Assembly (NCBI GenBank): GCA_963840855.1
Contig: CAWJBB010000046.1
Span: 1-64,000, forward strand
Source: an uncultured delta proteobacterium
Lineage (GTDB): Bacteria; Desulfobacterota; Binatia; UBA9968
DNA length: 64,000 nt
Reading direction: 5' to 3'
In this document: piece by piece, positions 16,378-25,110 of the stretch
Layout: every line of letters starts with the position of its first letter
Numbering within the stretch: position 1 is the stretch's first letter
Notes under the pieces: generated by a model
Told to the model about the DNA's origin: nothing
What the model saw: only the letters and a program-made list of their open reading frames with translations
Database searches by the model: none
Program-made: the position numbers and the translations under genes

Positions 16378-19101
16378 ATGGGTACGACACGAGCCGCGAC
16401 AACACACGATAAACAAGGGAGCCCAACCTCGACCCGAGAGGCGCCTCAGGGTCGCACGTATGGGCGAAGACAGCTTGACAATGTTCCAGAATCGACTCCG
16501 CCGCTGGATCGGTACCTCGGCAATAGTTACGTGCAATCCTTGGCTGTCAGAGAGAGTAGACTACAGCAGGAATCATCCTTGCCACCGATTGTAAGTGAAG
16601 TCTTACACTCGTCGGGTCAGCCACTCGATCCCAACACTCGCACGTTTATGGAGTCTCGTTTTGACGCCGACTTCAGCCAAGTGCGGGTGCATAGTGATGG
16701 GCAAGCGGTAGCGTCGGCACGGGCGCTTCAGTCATCAGCCTACACCGTGGGGCGGGACATTATTTTTGGAGCAGGCCAGTTTGCGCCCCACGCAGCTCAA
16801 GGCCGCCGGTTGTTGGCGCATGAGTTAACGCATGTGGTGCAGCAGGGGCAGAGTGCGAGTACCCCCCACCACTTGATAAGTAGTCCGGCAGACACGGCGG
16901 AAGTGGAAGCTGGGCGCATTGCTAAGAGGATTCTGACCCCGTCGCCCAACCTGATTGCGGTGAAAGTTAGTGCACAGCGGACCGCAACCGTGCAGCGGCA
17001 AGCCAGTCCAGATGAGTTTACATTCCTGCGCAAGCCATCGCTCCCGTCCATTACAGCGCGGGTATCCAGTGGCGAAGACAAGGATGAATACCTCAAACAA
17101 CAGATTTCCTTATCTCTCAAACAGGGGCATTTTGATTTGAAAGCTCGGGCTCAACGAAGCGTCAGCGCAGGCGGCGACTTAAGACAGCTGTGGAGAACGA
17201 TAAATAGCTCACATGAGTTCGACTCACTTTTGAATCGTCTCATCTACACCCGTTATTTCCTCAAGTACTTCACTCAAGCTTGGGAGGATCGGGAACTCAG
17301 TGACGACGAGACAGCAGCCTGGCTTTTCCAAATTGAAAAAGCTTATCAAAGGCACGCGGAAGAAGAGGCACTCAAACCCGTCGACGAAGCCATCCTCAGA
17401 GAGAACGAACGAGCGAGGCAGGAATATCAGGAAAATGTGATCAAACAGGAAATCGCGAAGCTGCAGAAGCAGGAAGCCATTCGGAAATTCCCTGGTCACA
17501 TCGATCCAAGAAAATATCCGGGAGTGATCCCGCACGGTCTGGCCCTTTTGACGAATCCGACGGTGATGGCTGTGGTCAATATGTCGATTTACTTTGTCCC
17601 TGTCGTTGGTCAGGCGCGGGGAATCGTTGAGGCAATCGTCGGCTACAATTTACTTACTAGGGAGAAGCTGGGTCTCCTTGATCGGCTACTCGGTGCGCTT
17701 CCACTGGCTCCTCTAGCGCTGAAAGGCGGCAAAATCGTGATCCGCGGCGCGAGTCTCGTGGTGAATACCGCAACCGAAAAAGCAGCATTGATTCTGGCTA
17801 TCTCGAAAAGGGTCAGAAAGGAACCCGCAGAAATTTTGGCATTGCTAAGCAGGCTGGAAAAGCCCGCAGCCCGTATCGATACCATTCGCGAAGCAAGAGC
17901 CGCAATTGCGGCAGGTCGGAATCTCAGTGCGGCAGAGTTGAAGGTGCTGAAGGAAGTCGACGAGGCGTTGCAGGGCGGCAAGGCGATACCAAAGGCCAGC
18001 GCCGGATCTACCGCACCGCTAGCGCCAGTCGGACCTGCCGGCGCTGCGAAAGAATTCCCCATACCGCCTAAACCCGCAGCCCCAGCGCCCACTCCTGCGC
18101 CACCACCTCAGCCAGCGCCGCCACGGGGACAGCTTGCGAAGGATCCGGGCTCCGCTCCGCCCGAGCCGGTCATAGCTACTAATAAGGGTCGGTCCCCTAC
18201 GATACGGCCAGGCGGAAGCCAGGCCAAATACCGCCGGCCTCCCCCCGGGGGGTACAGAGTGCCGCCCCGCCGCGGCGAGCTGCGGACCGATCTTCCCAAG
18301 GGGGCCCGCAGGGGGGACCGCCGCGGCGCGACGCCAACCGGTCCTCCCAGGAGGAGGCGCGGCGGTGGGGGCGAAGGGGAAACTCCGCCTGACTTTGACG
18401 ACATACCGACTAGTATTCGACAGCGTCCAGGCGAGAAACCACAGACGCCACAGGAGACCGTCCAAGGCAAGATCGGGGAAGCACAAGCAGGGCGGCCAGT
18501 GTCACCACCGCGGCCAGCGCCACCATCGCCCGCCACGGTGCATCCCCGTCTCGTCCCCAGAAAGGTGCCAGTGCCACCATCGCCCGCCACGGTGCATCCC
18601 CGTCTCGTCCCCAGAAAGGTGCCAGTGCCACCACGGCAGCCAGGGCAACCACCGCCAGTGCCACCACGGCAGCCAGCGCAACCACCGCCAGTGCCACCAC
18701 GGCAGCCAGCGCAACCACCGCCAGTGCCACCACGGCAGCCAGCGCCAGCACCGACCGCCGTACCAGAACCGCGTGCAGCACTGCAAGGGAAACCAGACTG
18801 GAACAAACTTCCTGTACCCAAAGGTTACAGAAGACCTGATGGTACAATAGAAATAGATCGCTTTGGCCGGGAAGTCATACGGTGGGGAATGGGGACGGAA
18901 GAAGCGAAGAATCTTGTGGAGATGATGAATTCAGCAGGGAGAAGAAGCCGAGCGTACCTAAAAGACCTGAGGAGCAGGGGCGTGACGCCCGAGATGGCGC
19001 GAGCGTGGGCCAAGGAATACCAGGGTTTCGCTAACAATAATCCGAATCCGACTGCCCCATGGCGCGCAGAACTCCTGCGCCTGATTGCCGAGCGGCTCTA
19101 G
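16378..19101 (+). CDS. eCIS core DUF4157 protein / polymorphic toxin (DUF4157, PT-TG-like, Pro-rich linker, DUF4951-like C-terminal domain)
   Basis: GQPLD...FMESRF.ADFSQVRVH...AYTVGRDIIFG...LLAHELTHVVQQ; FVPVVGQARGIVEAIVGYNLLTREKL; C-terminal FGREVIRWG.G...GVTPEMARAW...NNPNPTAPWRAELL. Confidence 0.85.
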   Translation: MGTTRAATTHDKQGSPTSTREAPQGRTYGRRQLDNVPESTPPLDRYLGNSYVQSLAVRESRLQQESSLPPIVSEVLHSSGQPLDPNTRTFMESRFDADFSQVRVHSDGQAVASARALQSSAYTVGRDIIFGAGQFAPHAAQGRRLLAHELTHVVQQGQSASTPHHLISSPADTAEVEAGRIAKRILTPSPNLIAVKVSAQRTATVQRQASPDEFTFLRKPSLPSITARVSSGEDKDEYLKQQISLSLKQGHFDLKARAQRSVSAGGDLRQLWRTINSSHEFDSLLNRLIYTRYFLKYFTQAWEDRELSDDETAAWLFQIEKAYQRHAEEEALKPVDEAILRENERARQEYQENVIKQEIAKLQKQEAIRKFPGHIDPRKYPGVIPHGLALLTNPTVMAVVNMSIYFVPVVGQARGIVEAIVGYNLLTREKLGLLDRLLGALPLAPLALKGGKIVIRGASLVVNTATEKAALILAISKRVRKEPAEILALLSRLEKPAARIDTIREARAAIAAGRNLSAAELKVLKEVDEALQGGKAIPKASAGSTAPLAPVGPAGAAKEFPIPPKPAAPAPTPAPPPQPAPPRGQLAKDPGSAPPEPVIATNKGRSPTIRPGGSQAKYRRPPPGGYRVPPRRGELRTDLPKGARRGDRRGATPTGPPRRRRGGGGEGETPPDFDDIPTSIRQRPGEKPQTPQETVQGKIGEAQAGRPVSPPRPAPPSPATVHPRLVPRKVPVPPSPATVHPRLVPRKVPVPPRQPGQPPPVPPRQPAQPPPVPPRQPAQPPPVPPRQPAPAPTAVPEPRAALQGKPDWNKLPVPKGYRRPDGTIEIDRFGREVIRWGMGTEEAKNLVEMMNSAGRRSRAYLKDLRSRGVTPEMARAWAKEYQGFANNNPNPTAPWRAELLRLIAERL
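18519..18745 (+). repeat. in-frame tandem repeats: 2 x 54 bp and about 3.6 x 33 bp
   Basis: Exact 54-bp duplicate (18519-18572, 18573-18626; PPSPATVHPRLVPRKVPV) then 33-bp units from 18627 (PPRQPAQPPPV). Confidence 0.95.
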
Positions 19102-19188
19102 GCAGAAAAGGAAGGTGTTCTGTCTTGGCTTCAGGAACTTTTGCGACCGCGCAATTGATACCACAGTAGACGAACTAAGGAGCATACT

Positions 19189-19890
19189 ATGCCAGGCGGT
19201 CTTCGCAACCAACCCAAAGTGTTTCGCGGCGCGTTTGTGGAATACGGACTTAGCATTCCGCCGCTTGTGGTGGTGTTTCAATTTAACCCTGTGCAACTGT
19301 CGCGCGGCCGCACGCAAGAGTTCTCCATGACCGCCTCCACCCAGCGGTGGAACGACGGGTACGGTCTGACCCTGAGAGATTTTCACCAGGGCTTCAACGA
19401 TCTCTTAAAGTTGCGCGACGCCCAGTACGTCACCACGCATCCGGAATCCCTTGGTTTTGAAATTCTCCTGGATGCGACCGACAAATTGAACGAAGGCGAT
19501 CGTATCACCGAAGAGCTTGGCATTGCACCGCAACTGGCGACACTGGAACTGATGGCCCAGCCCAAAAAGGAAAGCATCTTTGGCGCCCTCGTTCAGCAGC
19601 TCCTGCCGCGTCGTTTCAGTTTCACAGGTACGGAAAAACCTCCGATGATCCTATTCGTCTGGGGGCGCAAGCGGATCCTCCCAGTGAATATCAACAGCCT
19701 AACGATCACCGAAACAGAGTTCCACACCAACCTTGAGCCGATCCGCGCGACAGTGGCGGTTGATCTCACGGTCATCGAGGGGCCGAATCCAGCTCATACG
19801 TACACCAAAACCCGGAAGGAACTCATGTCGGGGTTGCGCCTCGCCAATCTGAGGGCGACAGACGTCATGGACGTAGTTATCCCGCGCTGA
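19189..19890 (+). CDS. CIS tube-like / Afp7 N-terminal-type protein
   Basis: VVVFQFNP.QLSR, FEILLDATD, LFVWG.KRILPV.I.SLTITE.EF...L.PIRA.V. Confidence 0.85.
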   Translation: MPGGLRNQPKVFRGAFVEYGLSIPPLVVVFQFNPVQLSRGRTQEFSMTASTQRWNDGYGLTLRDFHQGFNDLLKLRDAQYVTTHPESLGFEILLDATDKLNEGDRITEELGIAPQLATLELMAQPKKESIFGALVQQLLPRRFSFTGTEKPPMILFVWGRKRILPVNINSLTITETEFHTNLEPIRATVAVDLTVIEGPNPAHTYTKTRKELMSGLRLANLRATDVMDVVIPR

Positions 19891-19895
19891 GGGCG

Positions 19896-20489
19896 GTGAA
19901 ATATATGTTTTCTCGTCTCTCTCGTTACCGTACGCTACCGGATATCATCACCACTGACGCCGAAGGGCGGACGTCGGTCTCCAAGACTTTACGTCCCCTG
20001 CCGCAGGCGCCGGGGACATTTCGTCACACCGTGGAAGATGCCGACCGTCTGGACCACTTGGCGTATAAGTACTACCGACAACCAACCAAATGGTGGCGGC
20101 TGAGTGACGCCAACCCGGAGTTTCTTTCGCCCCAGGCATTACTGGGCAAGGAGCCGATTGTCACAGATCGTTTTCCCTTGGAGTTCGACGGCGCCCAGCC
20201 TCCGTGGCCTGACTTGGTGCGGAATCTGACACAACATGTCGGCGTCGAACAAGTCAAAGTGGTGGAGGAGATAGATTACGCACTTGAGGAACGGATGATC
20301 GGGAGACGGAGAGTGACCCTCCACGTCGAGCGGTTCGAACGCGCGATCCTCGTGACCTACAACCAGTTGAACACGAGCGCCAGGGAGTTGGCGGGGATTA
20401 TTACTGCCTCGGGCTTTGCCATACGAGCGCCGGAAAGGCTCGGCCGCGTGGGTAAACAAATCATTATTCCACGTGACGTGACGGTGTAG
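19896..20489 (+). CDS. LysM/tail-X-like eCIS protein with internal insertion
   Basis: MFSRLSRY, HTVEDADRLDHLAYKYY.QPTKWWRLSDANP ... GKQIIIP. Confidence 0.8.
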   Translation: MKYMFSRLSRYRTLPDIITTDAEGRTSVSKTLRPLPQAPGTFRHTVEDADRLDHLAYKYYRQPTKWWRLSDANPEFLSPQALLGKEPIVTDRFPLEFDGAQPPWPDLVRNLTQHVGVEQVKVVEEIDYALEERMIGRRRVTLHVERFERAILVTYNQLNTSARELAGIITASGFAIRAPERLGRVGKQIIIPRDVTV

Positions 20490-20495
20490 ACAAGC

Positions 20496-21638
20496 ATGGC
20501 GTACGAATGCTTTACCCTGGAAACCGTGGATGGCGAGCTGGACGTTCCCAAGACGGACCTCGTGAGTCTTGAAGTCGAACTGGACAGCGAGTTGGCCAGC
20601 ATGTTCAGACTGCGTCTGGCGATCAGGCAACAGCGGGACGGTAGCTGGACGTATCTGGACGAGGAGCGATTCGGTCCCTGGATGCCCATGCGGATCACCG
20701 GGGGGTTCGATACCGGCACGGAGGAACTCCTGTCCGGCTACATTACCCATGTCAAACCGGATTTTTCGCGCAGCGGCGCGCAATGCAGTTTGGAAATCTG
20801 GGGTATGGACCAGAGCGTGCTGATGGACCGGGAGGAGCGGTTATACGCCTGGCCCAATGAGAGAGATAGCGCGATTGCGGCGAAGATCTTTAGGCAGCAC
20901 GGTTTGCTGCCTGTGGTGACGAATAGCGAGGCACAACACGATGACAAGATCTCCACCATCATCCAGCGCGAGACCGATATGCAGTTTCTTAAACGGCTCG
21001 CGCTGCGCAATGGCTTCGAGTGCTACGTCGAGGGCGGCATCGGATTCTTTCGCCCCCCGCGGGTTATCGCCGATCCCCAGCCTGTGCTGGCCGTGCACTT
21101 CGGCGACGACACCAACGTCAACGAATTCTCCCTCGAAGTGAATGCGCTGGCGCCGACCAACGTGACGATGTTTCAGGTGGACCGAACGAATAAAAAGCTT
21201 CTGGAGGAGACCGCAAGCGAGGGGCAACAAAAAGCTCTGGGGGCCGTCCGTGCCGCGGCTCTCTTGCCTCCTGCCATAACTCCCGGGCAGGTGTACGTGA
21301 GTATGAATGCCGCCACCGGCAAAACGGAAATGGATACCCTCTGTCAAGAGCTGTTTCACCAGGCGGAGTGGTTTGTGACGGCTGAGGGAGAGATCGACGG
21401 AAACCGGTATAACCACGTTCTCAAACCCCATGGCACAGTCACCATCAAAGGGGTGGGCGAGACCCACAGCGGCGTCTATTACGTCACGCATGTGACGCAT
21501 AACTTCACGCCAAAGGGCTATACCCAGTTCTTTCGAGCGAAACGCAACGCGCTCATGCCAACCGGTGCGGAGGACTTTACGGGGCTTGTCAGCAAGCCAA
21601 ACCCATTTTTGACTAGTAAGCCAAACCCGTTTTTGTAG
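20496..21638 (+). CDS. baseplate hub / phage late control D (gp27-like) protein
   Basis: QRETDMQFLKRLALRNGFE, IKGVG..HSGVYYVTHVTH.F. Confidence 0.9.
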   Translation: MAYECFTLETVDGELDVPKTDLVSLEVELDSELASMFRLRLAIRQQRDGSWTYLDEERFGPWMPMRITGGFDTGTEELLSGYITHVKPDFSRSGAQCSLEIWGMDQSVLMDREERLYAWPNERDSAIAAKIFRQHGLLPVVTNSEAQHDDKISTIIQRETDMQFLKRLALRNGFECYVEGGIGFFRPPRVIADPQPVLAVHFGDDTNVNEFSLEVNALAPTNVTMFQVDRTNKKLLEETASEGQQKALGAVRAAALLPPAITPGQVYVSMNAATGKTEMDTLCQELFHQAEWFVTAEGEIDGNRYNHVLKPHGTVTIKGVGETHSGVYYVTHVTHNFTPKGYTQFFRAKRNALMPTGAEDFTGLVSKPNPFLTSKPNPFL

Positions 21639-21647
21639 GAGGATAGA

Positions 21648-22262
21648 GTGGAGTTAGAAAAGGTCGTTGCCGACCTGCTGCAGAAGGTCGAACGACGATT
21701 CTACGGGAAGTATCGCGGCTTTGTCGTGAATACGGAAGACCCGAAACGTCTTGGCCGGGTCAGGCTTCAGGTACCCAGTGTGTTGGGTCGTGAGGTCGTC
21801 ACCGGCTGGGCGATGCCCTGTGTGCCCTATGGCGGCCAGAAGAATCAGGGCTTTCTCAGTATCCCCGAGGTTGGCGCCGGCGTCTGGGTGGAGTTCGAGG
21901 AAGGCGACCTGGAATTCCCCATTTGGGTGGGCACCTTCTGGAGTGAACCGGGTGGCGAGAGCGAGATCCCCGCGCTCAACGGCGCCGACGGCAAGGAACG
22001 CAAGAACGAGCAAAAACCACCAACCCGCAAGATCATCAAGACCCAAAAAGGGCATACCATCCAGTTTGAAGATGCGGATGGCGAGGAAATGGTCACGATC
22101 ATCCAACGTATCAACAAGGACCTCTGTAACGTTATTACACTGAAGAATGACGGGATCACTATCAGTTCGGCTGGCGATGTCACGATCACCGGCAAAAATG
22201 TCACCATTGAAGCACAAGGCAAACTGGCAGCAATCGGGAATCCGATTCATCTCAACCCCTAA
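21648..22262 (+). CDS. gp5/gpV baseplate spike (OB-fold) protein
   Basis: FYGKYRG.V....DP..LGRVR.QVP, GWAMPCVP, PEVGAGVWVEFE.GD..FPIW.G. Confidence 0.92.
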   Translation: MELEKVVADLLQKVERRFYGKYRGFVVNTEDPKRLGRVRLQVPSVLGREVVTGWAMPCVPYGGQKNQGFLSIPEVGAGVWVEFEEGDLEFPIWVGTFWSEPGGESEIPALNGADGKERKNEQKPPTRKIIKTQKGHTIQFEDADGEEMVTIIQRINKDLCNVITLKNDGITISSAGDVTITGKNVTIEAQGKLAAIGNPIHLNP

Positions 22263-22269
22263 AACAACA

Positions 22270-22735
22270 ATGGAAACCTTTTTTCCCACCGCTATCGGCT
22301 ACGAAGGGTTTTTCCTGGTTGGATTTCGCAAGACGGATAACGCGATCACCCAGCGTACGGGGACGGCTATCCTCAAGCGGACCTACGATGTGGATCCTGC
22401 GGCAGGTGTGTTGACACCGTCTCCGGACGCGTTGCCCATCTTTTTTCAAGACTCTGCGGATAACCTCGTCGAGAATAGCGATTTTGCCAGAGTCACCAAT
22501 GGGTCGCCGACCGCGTGGCAGAGGGAGTCCGCGACCATAGCCGTCGAACCAGGCCACGGCGTGTCTGGCAACGCCCTGAGGGTTACCGGGACCGCGAATG
22601 GCCGTGCCCTTCAGACCCTGACGTTTCGACGCGCCGTTAGGAGGGCGTCAGTTTGTTTTGAGCTTTTCGGCGAAATCCTTGCCCGCTGCCCCGGAAGACG
22701 GGTACCGTCGGTTGGTCGTAGAGGCATCACTGTAG
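22270..22735 (+). pseudogene. short DUF2169-like N-terminus fused to a CBM4/9-like segment, with a +1 frameshift at about 22625
   Basis: AILKRTYDV...LTPSPDALPIF.QD then NLVENSDF...W; removing one T in TTT (22624-22626) gives TLTFDAPLGGRQFVLSFSAK...RRLVVEASL* ending just before the next RBS. Confidence 0.55.
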
Positions 22736-22750
22736 AGGAGTGCACGAGAT

Positions 22751-23167
22751 ATGGCAAAACCAATCGCCCCAGCGAAGGGAGTCGCGTATGCGCTCCCAGA
22801 TGTTTGCAAAACACCTTCAGGGCCGGGAGCGGTGCCGATTCCGTATCCCAACGTGGCCCAGTTAAGCCAGGCGACTAGCATCACCAATGAGAGTGACAAG
22901 GAAATGCTTGTGGGACCAGGCGGCGACTATGTCCTGTTACTCGACGCACAAGTCACAAGTAGCAGCGGTGACGAGGCAGGTTCACTGGGCGGAGTGAAAA
23001 GTGGCGGCGTCAAAGGGAAATGTCGTATCGTGCAGGCCAGCCAGAGTGTGGTCTACGGGCCACAGGAGAAAGGGATCGTACACTTTCTCGACCGTACCCA
23101 ACACAATAACGAGAACGGCCAAGGCGTGGTGCTCAGTGCATTCCCTCGGGTGTTAGTGCGTGATTAA
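22751..23167 (+). CDS. DUF4150 PAAR-like (PIPY) spike-tip protein
   Basis: PDVCKTP...PIPYPN, SSGDEAG..GGVKSG, and TQHNNEN motifs. Confidence 0.9.
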   Translation: MAKPIAPAKGVAYALPDVCKTPSGPGAVPIPYPNVAQLSQATSITNESDKEMLVGPGGDYVLLLDAQVTSSSGDEAGSLGGVKSGGVKGKCRIVQASQSVVYGPQEKGIVHFLDRTQHNNENGQGVVLSAFPRVLVRD

Positions 23168-23168
23168 G

Positions 23169-23534
23169 ATGCCAGTGGCTCTGAACTTCGGATTTCCGTT
23201 TGCCGTGACCAAAGCCGGACGCATTAGCGCCAGCGGCGGCGATGACGCCATTCGCGGCAAGATGATTCAGGTGCTGTTTACGGCGCCCGGCGAGCGGGTC
23301 AATCTCCCCGAGTTTGGCTGCGGCCTCTTTAATCTCGTGTTCGAGCCGAATGACACCGTTTTAGCGGCAACCATGGAATTCACCGTTGGCCAGGCGCTCA
23401 GCCGGTGGTTGGCGGACGACATTATCGTTGATGGCGTCGATGTTGAGGCGGTGGAGGAAACCGTGACCATCGAGGTCGCATACACTAAACGAGAGGATCT
23501 CTCGCAACAAGCGGTACGGATTCATTTCCGCTAG
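23169..23534 (+). CDS. gp25/GPW baseplate protein (Afp9-like)
   Basis: FPF, LFTAPGERVNLPEFGCGL..LVFEPND. Confidence 0.92.
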   Translation: MPVALNFGFPFAVTKAGRISASGGDDAIRGKMIQVLFTAPGERVNLPEFGCGLFNLVFEPNDTVLAATMEFTVGQALSRWLADDIIVDGVDVEAVEETVTIEVAYTKREDLSQQAVRIHFR

Positions 23535-23551
23535 GCATGGGGAGGCGTGAG

Positions 23552-25108
23552 ATGGCGGAGTTAAAACCAGCGAACGGACGGATCGTCATAGACTACATGG
23601 CGCGTGACGCCGGGAGTTTCCTACAGTCCATGCGGGCGCTGATCCCGGAGAAGTTGCCCGAGTGGACCGATTACGAGTCGGAAGCCGACTTCGGCAACGT
23701 CTTGCTCGAACTCTTTGCGCACATGGGCGACATTCTCAGCTACTATCAGGATCGTGTCGCTAACGAGAGTTTCCTCGGCACTGCGCAAGAGCGCCGGAGC
23801 ATCATCCAGCATTTGCGCTTGATCGGCTATACGCTGTCCACCGCCGCGCCCGCGTCGACGACGTTGACGCTCAGCGTTCCTCCCGAAGTGACGGATGTCA
23901 CGATCCGTCGGGGGCATGCGTTCGCGAGTACAGGGCAGCGAGACAAGCCGAGTGTCCGATTCGAGTACACGCGAGAACAACTCCTAACCATCAACTTTGC
24001 CACGATTCCTGTCGATCCGGCGACCAACCGAAAGTTTTTCGTCGGCATTCCCGTCGAAGAAGGCCGGCTCATCAAAGAGGAGATCCTCGGGACCTCCCCG
24101 GGAACGCCAAACCAACGTTACAAGCTGACGCAAGCGAAGATGATCTTACGCTCGCTGGGACAGGGACAGAAGGTTAACCGCGACATTATTCTGACCACGG
24201 AACTCGGGCAGACAAAGGATGAATGGGTACTACGCGAGAGCTTGGCGTTCAGCCGCGAAGGGCAAAAGGACTTTACGATTGAGGTTGATGAAGACGATCG
24301 GGCCACCGTCATGTTCGGTGACGGCGTCTTGGGCGCGATTCCAGCAACCGGATCCATCATCAAGGTTTCTTATCGCGTCGGTGGTGGTCCTCAGGGGAAT
24401 GTCTTGCCCAACACGATTCAGACCATCATCGATGACTCAGAACTGGTGCTCCTCGGCGCTGAAGTCAGCAATCCGAGTCCTGCGACCGGCGGTGCAGAAC
24501 GCGAAAGCATTGAACACGCAGTGTCTCACGCGCCGCAGGTGTTTCGCTCACTCAAGCGCGCCGTCACTGCCCAGGATTACGAAGCCCTGGCGCTCGACTT
24601 CAAAGGCGTTGGCAAGGTGTTGGCCGAGGGAACGAGCTGGAATGTTGTAACGTTGTTTGTCGCGCCTGCCGGCGGAGGACACGTCAGCGATGTGCTGGAG
24701 GCAAACCTCCTCGCATATTTTGAAGACAAGCGTCCCATTTCCACGATCATTGAAATCGAAGACGTCGACTATGTGCCGATCTACGTGACTGCCCAAGTCG
24801 GCGTGAAAAGCTATTACAACCGCGATGATGTGAAGGAACAGGTACAACAAGCGGTGAGCAAACTGCTTGCCTTCGAGAACGTCGATTTTCAGCAGACCAT
24901 CTATCTCAGCAAATTTTATGAAGCCATCGAGGCGATCGATGGTGTCGAGTTTGTCAATATCCGCGAGTTTCGCCGTGAAGGCCAATCCCCTGACGTCGTC
25001 GAGGCGCTGGGGAAGATCGAGTTGGGTGCCCACGAGATTCCCACTGTACCTAGCGATGATCCAGCGTATGCCGCAGGTCTTCGGGTCGAGCTTGAGGAGG
25101 GCAGCTAA
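23552..25108 (+). CDS. baseplate J/gp47 protein (Afp11-like)
   Basis: IDYMARD, PEWTD..EADFG..LLELFA.MGDILSYYQDRVANESFL.TA, FGDG..G.IP, YRVGGG..GNV, RAVTAQDYE. Confidence 0.93.
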   Translation: MAELKPANGRIVIDYMARDAGSFLQSMRALIPEKLPEWTDYESEADFGNVLLELFAHMGDILSYYQDRVANESFLGTAQERRSIIQHLRLIGYTLSTAAPASTTLTLSVPPEVTDVTIRRGHAFASTGQRDKPSVRFEYTREQLLTINFATIPVDPATNRKFFVGIPVEEGRLIKEEILGTSPGTPNQRYKLTQAKMILRSLGQGQKVNRDIILTTELGQTKDEWVLRESLAFSREGQKDFTIEVDEDDRATVMFGDGVLGAIPATGSIIKVSYRVGGGPQGNVLPNTIQTIIDDSELVLLGAEVSNPSPATGGAERESIEHAVSHAPQVFRSLKRAVTAQDYEALALDFKGVGKVLAEGTSWNVVTLFVAPAGGGHVSDVLEANLLAYFEDKRPISTIIEIEDVDYVPIYVTAQVGVKSYYNRDDVKEQVQQAVSKLLAFENVDFQQTIYLSKFYEAIEAIDGVEFVNIREFRREGQSPDVVEALGKIELGAHEIPTVPSDDPAYAAGLRVELEEGS

Positions 25109-25110
25109 TA

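Noticed and set aside
18519-18745. CRISPR-like array
   Set aside because: Repeats are contiguous, in frame (54 and 33 bp), lack spacers, and no cas genes are present.
18108-18850. Cys/Gly-, Trp- and His-rich alternative-frame ORFs
   Set aside because: By-products of the Pro-rich repeats in the DUF4157 gene.
22147-22878. 243-aa ORF as listed in the track
   Set aside because: The likely start is 22270, and the tail after 22625 is out-of-frame sequence overlapping the DUF4150 gene.
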